Source of the DNA: Corynebacterium amycolatum
GTDB lineage: Bacteria > Actinomycetota > Actinomycetes > Mycobacteriales > Mycobacteriaceae
DNA: 32,000 nucleotides
Reading direction: 5' to 3' (one strand)
Assembly (NCBI RefSeq): GCF_049243625.1
Contig: NZ_CP046975.1
Made by a program: the position numbers and the translations under genes. A model generated the notes under the pieces. It was given only the letters and a program-made list of their open reading frames with translations. It made no database searches and had not been told where the DNA came from. Positions 9,734 through 16,675 of this stretch are shown piece after piece (the stretch's first letter is position 1; each line of letters starts with the position of its first letter).

Positions 9734-9785
9734 GGATTCTAAACCGGAATCTTGAACCGGGGTCTTAGACCGAGGTCTTGAACCG
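9734..9785 (+). repeat. 13-bp tandem repeat x4 (GRRTCTTRRACCG)
   Basis: Units ggattctaaaccg / gaatcttgaaccg / gggtcttagaccg / aggtcttgaaccg read directly. Followed by a decayed fifth unit, gattgtcaatctc. Confidence 0.85.
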
Positions 9786-9802
9786 GATTGTCAATCTCCC
9801 GG

Positions 9803-9825
9803 CTACCACAGCTGAGCTGGGGTAG
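9803..9825. promoter_or_regulatory. Imperfect palindrome CTACCaCAGC-tga-GCTGgGGTAG upstream of the DUF3117 gene
   Basis: 9 of 10 stem positions are complementary, with a 3-nt centre. Lies 47 nt upstream of the ATG at 9872. The operator role is inference only. Confidence 0.3.
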
Positions 9826-9871
9826 CTGGTCGTCTCCTGCATCGACATTGTCTTAGAACGAAGGAGTTCAC

Positions 9872-10039
9872 ATGGCAGCAATGAAGCCGCGTACCGGTGA
9901 TGGTCCGCTGGAGGCAGTTAAAGAGGGCAAGAAGATTGTGATGCGCGTCCCCGCAGATGGTGGTGGGCGCCTGGTGGTGGAACTCTCCCCAGAGGAGGCC
10001 AAGGAGCTCGGCGCAGAGCTCGTAGCAGTAGTGGAGTAG
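9872..10039 (+). CDS. DUF3117-family small conserved actinobacterial protein (55 aa)
   Basis: Hand translation: MAAMKPRTGDGPLEAVKEGKKIVMRVPADGGGRLVVELSPEEAKELGAELVAVVE*. The N-terminus MAAMKPRTGDGPLE and the GGGRLVVEL core are what I remember as the DUF3117 hallmark. AAGGAG RBS 5 nt upstream. A strong terminator follows. Below the ORF-track length cutoff. Confidence 0.7.
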   Translation: MAAMKPRTGDGPLEAVKEGKKIVMRVPADGGGRLVVELSPEEAKELGAELVAVVE

Positions 10040-10091
10040 TGGATACCCGGGTAGCGGGGTAGCGGCCGGGCTTGTCCGGTTTTGCCCCAGG

Positions 10092-10131
10092 GGCGACCTA
10101 CACAAGTGGTGTAGGTCGCCTTTTCTTTTTT
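10092..10131 (+). terminator. Intrinsic terminator of the DUF3117 gene
   Basis: Perfect 12-bp stem GGCGACCTACAC-aagtg-GTGTAGGTCGCC followed by TTTTCTTTTTT. Confidence 0.85.
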
Positions 10132-10175
10132 CAGGTGATAACGGCTCGAATGCGGGTTTATAAACAAAAAGTACG

Positions 10176-10267
10176 GGCTGCACATGTGAAACTGTGCGAG
10201 TTTATGACACTTTGAAGCCGTCTTTCGGACCATTTTTGTCATAAACGCAGTCAGTAACTCGCATTGG
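10176..10267 (+). repeat. Interspersed imperfect-palindromic repeat, copy A
   Basis: ggctgcacATGTGAAACTGTGCGAGTTTATGACA...(28-nt T-rich centre)...TGTCATAAACGCAGTCAGTAACTCGCATTGg. Both arms are identical to copy C. An extra partial arm gagttacttggctgag follows at 10267-10282. Confidence 0.85.
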
Positions 10268-10333
10268 AGTTACTTGGCTGAGCTCGACACGGGCTAAGAT
10301 AGTGAAAATTATTTTTCTAGCTCAGTTTGAGGA

Positions 10334-11218
10334 GTGACCGACGTGCTAGCTGACATCATTGATGTGCTTGCTGACCCCATCGATGGCACTGATTTGAAGT
10401 TTGGTGATGCCGAACGAATGACTCTGAAGTCCGAATCCGGACATAGCTATGATGTCGCCCGCCAGGGTTACGTTACGCTCGCCGGTGGGGCTGGTCTGCG
10501 CTACACCGGCGATGACGCCAAGATGATTACCGCTCGAGAGGAGTTCCTCTCTGGTGGCCACTATGCTCCATTCGTTGAGGCAGTTACAGGTAACGTCCAG
10601 GACGTGCTTGACGACGCCAATGTGTCCGAGGCCGCCAGCCCAGTCATCTGCGAAGTCGGTGCGGGCACTGGTTACTACCTCGCACACACGCTGGACAGCA
10701 TTCCCAATTCTCGTGGCGTAGGCATTGATGTGTCTGTGCCGGCCGCCAAGCATCTGGCCAAGAGTCACCCGCGGCTCGGTGCGGTCGTGGCCGATGCGTG
10801 GGCACGGTTGCCGCTGCGTGATGGCTCCATCGATGCGCTTACGGTTGTCTTCGCACCTCGCAACGCGGAGGAGTTCGCTCGCGTGCTCAAGCCGGGCGGC
10901 CAGGTCGTGGTTCTGACTGCCACTACTGGTCACCTGGGCGAGCTTCGTGAGCCGCTGGGCATCATCGATGTCGAGCGCGGCAAGGTCGAGCGCATGATTT
11001 CCCAGGCGGAGGGGCACCTCGTGCCTGTTGGTGACCCGGAGTTGGTGGAGTTCGGTATGAACCTCAACCAGAGTGCAATTGCCGCTCAGATCGGGATGAG
11101 CCCGTCGGCACGCCATATCCACCCAGAGGTGCTGCAGGAACGTATTGCAGCGCTACCTGCAGAAATGCACGTCACCGCCCGTGCCTATGTCACCCGTCTG
11201 GGGCGCCCGGGAGACTAG
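10334..11218 (+). CDS. RlmA/RrmA-like SAM-dependent 23S rRNA (guanine-N1) methyltransferase
   Basis: Colinear by eye with E. coli RlmA: ...YDVARQGYVTLA..., SAM motif ICEVGAGTGYY, FAPRNAEEFARVLKPGG. GTG at 10343 has better spacing from the GAGGAG RBS than the track start at 10334. Confidence 0.7.
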   Translation: MTDVLADIIDVLADPIDGTDLKFGDAERMTLKSESGHSYDVARQGYVTLAGGAGLRYTGDDAKMITAREEFLSGGHYAPFVEAVTGNVQDVLDDANVSEAASPVICEVGAGTGYYLAHTLDSIPNSRGVGIDVSVPAAKHLAKSHPRLGAVVADAWARLPLRDGSIDALTVVFAPRNAEEFARVLKPGGQVVVLTATTGHLGELREPLGIIDVERGKVERMISQAEGHLVPVGDPELVEFGMNLNQSAIAAQIGMSPSARHIHPEVLQERIAALPAEMHVTARAYVTRLGRPGD

Positions 11219-11221
11219 CGC

Positions 11222-11971
11222 CTACTCCTTGACCTCGGTTTTGTGAATCTGCTCATCCAGGTCATCCGGATCCAGATCAGCATCCGAGAATTCCGCCGTT
11301 AGCGGAAGGCGAAGTTGCAGGTCGGTGCCCGGGCACAACTCGATAGTGCCCGAGCGCAGCTTAAAGTCCAGCACATGCCCGCCGCCGGTGCCGCCTTCCG
11401 CGAGGAAGTGCACGTGACAGCCGGGCACCGAAATTCCCTTCTCATAGACCGGCGTGCGGAAGCCCGCAATCGTGCCCCGTAAGTTCTCAAAATCAACCGA
11501 GGCGTCTTCTTCCGTCGCATCAACCATCTTCTGGTACGGCTTTTCCTGCTTTACGACGGTTCGAGTCTTCACCCACTCAAATTCGCCGGTAATCCGCAGT
11601 GCGTACATAAAGTTTTGGCTCGGCACCAGGGAATCGATGATGGGGCTAATTTCCTTGCGAGTCAGGTTTTCCGGCGCATCCATCACCGTGTGCGGGACGA
11701 AGTTGGTCACCACCGTGTAGGGGCTGCGCTGATCCATGGTGGCCCGGGTTGCGGAGCCGTCGTGACGCACCTGCCAGCAGACCCCGTCGAGGATTACCAT
11801 TTCGCCATCGAGGCCGTCGAAGGTACCGATGCCGAAGTTTCCATGACCAAGGATTTCGCCAATGGTCATCTCGCCGTCGTAGATGCCATCGAGCAGTGCG
11901 GACATCAGTGAGTTTTGGAAAATTGTGTGTCGGACCGTTGGAAAATTCTCGTGAGTGGTCATGGAAGCCAT
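11222..11971 (-). CDS. alsD: Alpha-acetolactate decarboxylase
   Basis: Strong colinearity with AlsD/BudA: IFQNSLMSALLDGIYDGEMTIGEILGHGNFGIGTFDGLDGEMVILDG, VKTRTVVKQEKPY, RGTIAGFRTP and HVHFL..GG.GGHVLDF. The track start at 12055 is rejected because it overlaps the upstream terminator. Start is ATG 11971 or, if leaderless, ATG 11962. Confidence 0.8.
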   Translation of the reverse strand: MASMTTHENFPTVRHTIFQNSLMSALLDGIYDGEMTIGEILGHGNFGIGTFDGLDGEMVILDGVCWQVRHDGSATRATMDQRSPYTVVTNFVPHTVMDAPENLTRKEISPIIDSLVPSQNFMYALRITGEFEWVKTRTVVKQEKPYQKMVDATEEDASVDFENLRGTIAGFRTPVYEKGISVPGCHVHFLAEGGTGGGHVLDFKLRSGTIELCPGTDLQLRLPLTAEFSDADLDPDDLDEQIHKTEVKE

Positions 11972-12055
11972 TATATTCGCGATATTTGTAGCCCAAGCTG
12001 GGGCGGGTCGTCTGTTAGATGTCCGATCGGCTTGTGGGTAAGGAAATCGTGGCAA

Positions 12056-12087
12056 GAAAAACGCCCTGCGGAAAAATCCACAGGGCG
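12056..12087 (-). terminator. Intrinsic terminator of the GH5 gene
   Basis: The minus strand reads CGCCCTG-tggatttttccg-CAGGGCG followed by TTTTTC. Starts 26 nt after the GH5 stop. Confidence 0.7.
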
Positions 12088-12113
12088 CGATTTGGTGAAT
12101 CGAGCGGTTGGTT

Positions 12114-13637
12114 CTACTTCGGCTGGATGGTGACTGTCACTTGGTCAGCAGTGGAGACGATATGAACGGTCTGGCCATCGGCAGCGACAGTGGCGTGGCC
12201 GCCTTCGACATTCACTGTGAACCCATTCGGGAAGTTGATCGAGGGCACAACGAGCTCGCTGGTGGAACCAGGTGCGAAAACTCCGGTGCCATCGACGCGA
12301 CTATTGTTCCAGCTGGCCTCGTAGACCCGGGTGTCTGCGTTCCAGTCAGTAGCCTGCGGGGTGCCCGCGACTGCCCGCAGGTGTGGAGCAGCGAGGATGG
12401 TCATCTTGTCGCGGTTGAAGGCATCGGCACCTACAGGTCCTGGAACAGTCGGGTCGAAGACCATGCCCTGTTCCTTCTGGTTCTGCGTCGTCGGGTCGTT
12501 GCATCCGCAGTAGGACCAGTACTGCCAGCCGACCATGTGGCGGCGGGCAAGCGAAATTACGCCATTGAGGGTATCGGCATCGTCGGTGGCGCCGAACTCG
12601 GAAAGCAGTGTGGCCGAGCCGTTACCGGATGAGACGATTTCCGCATTGTCGAAGACACGACCATCGAAGAAGTCGCAGCCCGTGTAGGTGTTGAACAGGG
12701 CGTTCGTGGTGCAGTAGACATGCCAGCTGAGGGCCGTGCCAGCGGTATCAGGAACCTGCGGGGCGGCCGGATCGGTATTCAATCCGGTGTTCCACATGGA
12801 GTAGGGCTCGTAGTGGACAATAGCGTCCTGGTCCTTGGCGACAATCTGATCGGCAGCCTTCTGGTGCAGTTCATCGAGCTTTGCCTTAGCTGGACCGCAG
12901 TCGCCCTGAGCCAGGTAGCACAGTGGGTACGCAGAACCTGGCCACGGTTCATTTATGATGTCGTAGCCCATCAGGCCCGGCATGTCACCGAGACGTTCTG
13001 CGACATGACCCCACATGGCAGCGTAACGCTCCTGCAGCCCAACGCCACCCGGTCCTTCGCGGTTATTTAGGAAGTTGTCGTATGCCCTAATGAGACCGAT
13101 ATTGAGGGCCTGGTTAGTTGGGAAGCCAACCTTCAGAAGGCTGGGAACGCCGTCGTCAATGACAGCCCAATCCGGGGCAAATTCGCCCTCGAACTTTTCG
13201 TTGTACATGTCCTGGTGGGCATCGACCAAGACCGCGATTCCACGCTCAGTGAGCATAGAGATGGTGCGGGCAATGGAATCCAGGTATTCGTCGTTGTAGA
13301 CGCCGGGCTCTGGCTCTACTGCTTTCCAGATAATGCCGACTCGCATGGAGTCGAAGCCCTGCTGCACGAGCCAGTCAGCGTCGTCCTCGTTAAAGCCTCC
13401 GGCCTCGGGGGTGTAGGGATCGTGCTTGTAGACGATGTTCGACCCCTGAGTGAGGAAAGCTCGGCCATCACCGTCGGTAAACCAGCGACCGGACTGTCCC
13501 AGGGGACCACGCTCGGTGATGGTAGCGGTACTAGGGGATGGTGCTACTTCTGTCGCGAGCGCCTGATGCGGTACTGCCCCCGCTAGCGCTATGGCAATGG
13601 CGGCACCAACTGCTGCCACCTTCTTAGTGAATCTCAT
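12114..13637 (-). CDS. Secreted glycoside hydrolase family 5 (endoglycoceramidase/cellulase-like) with a C-terminal beta-sandwich domain
   Basis: GH5 acid/base motif YDIINEPWPG and nucleophile motif LLSEFGA. Sec signal peptide MRFTKKVAAVGAAIAIALAGAVPHQALA|TE. I prefer the start at 13637 over the track start at 13673. Confidence 0.75.
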   Translation of the reverse strand: MRFTKKVAAVGAAIAIALAGAVPHQALATEVAPSPSTATITERGPLGQSGRWFTDGDGRAFLTQGSNIVYKHDPYTPEAGGFNEDDADWLVQQGFDSMRVGIIWKAVEPEPGVYNDEYLDSIARTISMLTERGIAVLVDAHQDMYNEKFEGEFAPDWAVIDDGVPSLLKVGFPTNQALNIGLIRAYDNFLNNREGPGGVGLQERYAAMWGHVAERLGDMPGLMGYDIINEPWPGSAYPLCYLAQGDCGPAKAKLDELHQKAADQIVAKDQDAIVHYEPYSMWNTGLNTDPAAPQVPDTAGTALSWHVYCTTNALFNTYTGCDFFDGRVFDNAEIVSSGNGSATLLSEFGATDDADTLNGVISLARRHMVGWQYWSYCGCNDPTTQNQKEQGMVFDPTVPGPVGADAFNRDKMTILAAPHLRAVAGTPQATDWNADTRVYEASWNNSRVDGTGVFAPGSTSELVVPSINFPNGFTVNVEGGHATVAADGQTVHIVSTADQVTVTIQPK

Positions 13638-13737
13638 ACTCAATATGCTATTGACCAGTAATGATAAATTCATCCAAAACTCAAATTAGGTTCAGAAAAG
13701 TGGGCAAACGCATAAATAAACGTCCTGAATGGGGTTA

Positions 13738-13787
13738 GCAAAAAGGCTAAAAGGCCCACCGCTTCCTCTTTGGAAGCGATGGGCCTT
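13738..13787 (-). terminator. Terminator of glgA (16-bp stem)
   Basis: AAGGCCCAtCGCTTCC-aaaga-GGAAGCGgTGGGCCTT on the minus strand (one mismatch), followed by TTAGCCTTTTTGC. Starts 50 nt after the glgA stop. Confidence 0.65.
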
Positions 13788-13837
13788 ATGAGGACACACC
13801 GTCCACTGCACAGCCGTAGCGTCTCGCAGGCAGCCTG

Positions 13838-15034
13838 TTACATCAAAGACTTATAGACTTCGACGGTCTGCTCGGCGATGTTCTCCCAGCTAAACACATC
13901 CTCAGCGCGCTTCTTACCCGCCTGGCCAACCTTGGCAGCGTGGTCACGGTCGGCGACCATGTTGTTGACAGCGGCAGCAATGTCGCGTTCGAAGCCCTCC
14001 GGATCGGACTCGTCGTAGTGAACCAGAGTGCCGGTTTCACCGTCGACGACAACCTCCGGAATACCGCCGACATCAGAGGCGACAACGGCGGTGCCACAGG
14101 CCATAGCCTCGAGGTTGACGATGCCCAGCGGCTCGTAGATGGACGGGCAGACGAAGGAATCCGCGGCCGTCAGGATTTCCTGAATCTTTTCCTTCGGTAG
14201 CATGTCCTTCACCCAGAAAATGCCGTCGCGCTTTTCCTGCAGGTCGTGAACGAGCTGCTCGGTCTCCTTAGCGATTTCCGGGGTGTCCGGCGCGCCGGCG
14301 CACAGTACAAGTTGCACACCGTCGTCGAAAAGCGATGCGGCCTTGACCAGGTGAGCGACACCCTTCTGACGGGTGATGCGGCCGACGAACGCAACCATCG
14401 GACGAGACGGGTCAACGCCGAGCTCTTCCAGGACGGACCAGCCGTTCTGCTCCTTGGACTCTTCCCACGTCGGACGCGGGTGCCACAGCTCAGTGTCGAT
14501 GCCGTTCAGAACGACGTGGACCTTGTCGGGGGAGATACGCGGGTAGGCGTCCAAGATGGCGTCCTTCATGCGCGCAGAGACAGCAATGACAGCGTCTGCG
14601 TACTCCATAGCATTGCGCTCGGACCAGCTGGAAACGTCGTAACCGCCACCGAGCTGCTCGCGCTTCCACGGGCGGTGCGGCTCCAACGAGTGCGCGGTAG
14701 CCACGTGTGGAATGCCCTTGAGCAGACCGGTGAGATGGCCACCCAGGCCTGAGTACCAGGTGTGAGAGTGGACGACATCAATGTCGGTTGCCGCAGCGGC
14801 ATCAGCCATGCGCAAACCCGTGGACAGCGTTTTAATCGAGGCGTTGGCATCCTTCAGCTCCGGGTCAACGCCGTGGACATATACATCCGCCTCATCGCGA
14901 GGAGCACCCATGCAGTGCACATCGACGTCAACGCCGTCGAGGCCGCGCATGAAACGAGTCAGTTCAGTTACGTGAACACCTGCTCCGCCGTAAATCTCCG
15001 GAGGGTATTCCTTGGTCATCATGGCAACACGCAT
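13838..15034 (-). CDS. glgA: GT4 glycogen synthase-type glucosyltransferase (GlgA; ortholog family of mycobacterial Rv1212c GlgM)
   Basis: 398 aa. MRVAMMTKEYPPEIYGGAGVHV N-terminus and the GT-B C-terminal E-x7-E region PSIYEPLGIVNLEAMACG. Divergent from glgC. Confidence 0.85.
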   Translation of the reverse strand: MRVAMMTKEYPPEIYGGAGVHVTELTRFMRGLDGVDVDVHCMGAPRDEADVYVHGVDPELKDANASIKTLSTGLRMADAAAATDIDVVHSHTWYSGLGGHLTGLLKGIPHVATAHSLEPHRPWKREQLGGGYDVSSWSERNAMEYADAVIAVSARMKDAILDAYPRISPDKVHVVLNGIDTELWHPRPTWEESKEQNGWSVLEELGVDPSRPMVAFVGRITRQKGVAHLVKAASLFDDGVQLVLCAGAPDTPEIAKETEQLVHDLQEKRDGIFWVKDMLPKEKIQEILTAADSFVCPSIYEPLGIVNLEAMACGTAVVASDVGGIPEVVVDGETGTLVHYDESDPEGFERDIAAAVNNMVADRDHAAKVGQAGKKRAEDVFSWENIAEQTVEVYKSLM

Positions 15035-15137
15035 AGTTCCAGCGTAGCCAGATTTGACAATTTCCGTCGCTTGATATGTCTGGGTGTGGGTAGTGAGGAG
15101 GGGAGACTGGCAGCGAGGAACGTAAATCGCATATAGG

Positions 15138-16364
15138 TTGGTTGGTGTGAGGAGTCAACCACATGTTTTGTCCATTGTCCTTGCCGGTGGCGAAGGCAAG
15201 CGTCTCTTCCCGCTGACGGAAGACCGCGCTAAGCCCGCCGTGCCTTTCGGCGGCAGCTATCGGCTTATCGACTTCGTGCTGTCGAACTTGGTTAACGCAG
15301 GTTTCCTGAAGATCTGTGTGCTGACCCAGTACAAGTCCCACTCGCTCGACCGTCACATTTCGCAGGCGTGGCAGCTGTCCGGCATCACCGGCCAGTACGT
15401 CACTCCGGTGCCGGCTCAGCAGCGTCTGGGTAAGCGCTGGTTCACTGGTTCGGCTGACGCGATTCTGCAGTCGCTGAATTTGGTTTATGACGAGGATCCG
15501 GAGTACGTCATCGTCTTCGGTGCCGACCACGTCTACCGTATGGACCCGCAGCAGATGCTGGAGGCCCACATCGAGTCTGGCGCTGGCGTTACCGTTGCTG
15601 GTATCCGTGTCCCACGCTCCGAGGCCAGCGCATTCGGTGTCATCGATGCGGATGACAACAACCGAATCACCGAGTTCCTGGAGAAGCCGGCTGATCCGCC
15701 TGGCACCCCGGATGACCCGGACTCGACGTTCGCGTCGATGGGTAACTACATCTTCACTACCTCCGCGCTTATCGACGCAATTAAGCGTGACTCGGAAGAT
15801 GAAAACTCCGACCATGACATGGGCGGAGACATCATTCCGATGTTGGTAGAGGAGGGCGAGGCCTTCGTCTGGGACTTCAAGGACAGCTACGTTCCGGGTG
15901 AGACCGAACGTGATAAGGGCTACTGGCGTGACGTCGGTACCATCGATGCCTTCTACGAGGCCAATATGGACCTGATTTCCGTCCACCCGGTGTTTAACCT
16001 CTACAACAAGAAGTGGCCAATCCACACCTTCTCGGAGGAGAACCTGCCTCCGGCGAAGTTTGTCCAGGGTGGTATTGCTCAGGCTTCCATGGTGGGTGCC
16101 GGTTCGATTGTCTCTGGTGGCACAGTTCGCAACTCGGTGATTAGCACCAACGTCGTGGTCGAGGATGGCGCGACGGTGGAGGGCTCGGTTCTCTTCCCAG
16201 GTGTGCGCGTCGGCCGCGGAGCAGTGGTTCGTCACGCGATCTTGGATAAGAACGTTGTTGTCTCCGACGGCGCCATCATTGGTGTCGATCCGGAGAAGGA
16301 CGCAGAGCGCTTCAAGGTCAGCGCTGGTGGCGTTGTGGCCGTCGGTAAGGGCAAGGTTATCTAG
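15138..16364 (+). CDS. glgC: Glucose-1-phosphate adenylyltransferase
   Basis: [33 protein letters not shown] and a C-terminal hexapeptide domain. The start is ambiguous (TTG 15138 or GTG 15147). Confidence 0.9.
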   Translation: MVGVRSQPHVLSIVLAGGEGKRLFPLTEDRAKPAVPFGGSYRLIDFVLSNLVNAGFLKICVLTQYKSHSLDRHISQAWQLSGITGQYVTPVPAQQRLGKRWFTGSADAILQSLNLVYDEDPEYVIVFGADHVYRMDPQQMLEAHIESGAGVTVAGIRVPRSEASAFGVIDADDNNRITEFLEKPADPPGTPDDPDSTFASMGNYIFTTSALIDAIKRDSEDENSDHDMGGDIIPMLVEEGEAFVWDFKDSYVPGETERDKGYWRDVGTIDAFYEANMDLISVHPVFNLYNKKWPIHTFSEENLPPAKFVQGGIAQASMVGAGSIVSGGTVRNSVISTNVVVEDGATVEGSVLFPGVRVGRGAVVRHAILDKNVVVSDGAIIGVDPEKDAERFKVSAGGVVAVGKGKVI

Positions 16365-16391
16365 CCTGTCAAAGCCGGCTCAGGCTGCAAG

Positions 16392-16427
16392 AAGGCACGT
16401 ACCGTGGGGTACGTGCCTTTTTCTTTT
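16392..16427 (+). terminator. Intrinsic terminator of glgC
   Basis: Perfect 12-bp stem AAGGCACGTACC-gtgg-GGTACGTGCCTT followed by TTTCTTTT. Confidence 0.85.
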
Positions 16428-16483
16428 AAGCTTTTTGCTGCTTAGTTGCTACCTAGCCCCAAAACTGGCAATCCCAAAAATGT

Positions 16484-16654
16484 GGGCTGCACGTGGGGCT
16501 ACGGGCTGCAAAAGTGAAACTGTGCGAGTTTATGACACTTTCAGGCCACTTTTTTGGTTCATTTCTGACATAAACGCGGCCAGTAACTCGCATTGGCCCG
16601 AGGCCGCCAGCCATAAACGCAGTCAGTAACTCGCATTGGCGGGAGGCCGCCAGC
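16484..16654 (+). repeat. Interspersed imperfect-palindromic repeat, copy B, with duplicated ends
   Basis: The canonical unit spans 16503-16611. The left tip gggctgcacgtg is duplicated at 16484-16495. The 43-bp right end is tandemly duplicated (16569-16611 and 16612-16654). Confidence 0.85.
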
Positions 16655-16675
16655 CAGCCGGCCAACAGTAGAAAA

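Noticed and set aside
9734-9785. The 13-bp tandem arrays (also 25231-25282) as CRISPR
   Set aside because: The units are directly abutting with no spacers. They are far shorter than CRISPR repeats, and there are no cas genes in the window.
9786-9870. tRNA-like D-arm resemblance (AGCTGAGCTGGGGTAGCT)
   Set aside because: There is no complementary acceptor 3' strand, no 7-nt anticodon loop with a 5-bp stem and no GTTCGAATC-type T-arm. This is not a tRNA, and a tRNA remnant cannot be supported.
9803-10242. Minus-strand ORFs 9803-10183 and 9868-10242, plus ORF 16453-16665
   Set aside because: They run antisense through the DUF3117 gene, its terminator and repeat copy A, or through copy B. They are open only by chance.
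10176-10267. Possible micro-peptide in the repeat element (minus strand, MRVTDCVYDK…)
   Set aside because: The shared ATG-CGA-GTT-ACT… start simply reflects conservation of the arm. Indels in the centre shift the frame, so the stops fall at 20, 12 and more than 45 codons in copies A, C and B. The plus-strand ATGACA… frames stop after 3 codons in copy A and after 20 in copy C.
10346-11122. 258-aa minus-strand ORF
   Set aside because: It is antisense to the RlmA-like methyltransferase, which carries the SAM motif. This is a shadow ORF.
11972-12055. N-terminal 28 codons of the track's alsD ORF
   Set aside because: They would include the GH5 intrinsic terminator at their 5' edge. AlsD homology starts after the internal Met, and a TATAAT box sits at the internal start.
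11222-13787. alsD/GH5 pair as a mobile genomic island
   Set aside because: I could see no integrase, transposase, flanking direct repeats, tRNA target or obvious compositional shift. It is reported only as a possible accessory insertion.
14964-16235. 423-aa ORF on the minus strand
   Set aside because: It is entirely antisense to glgC, which has unmistakable motifs. Its composition is R/H/V/D-rich, typical of shadow ORFs in high-GC DNA. It has no recognisable motif.
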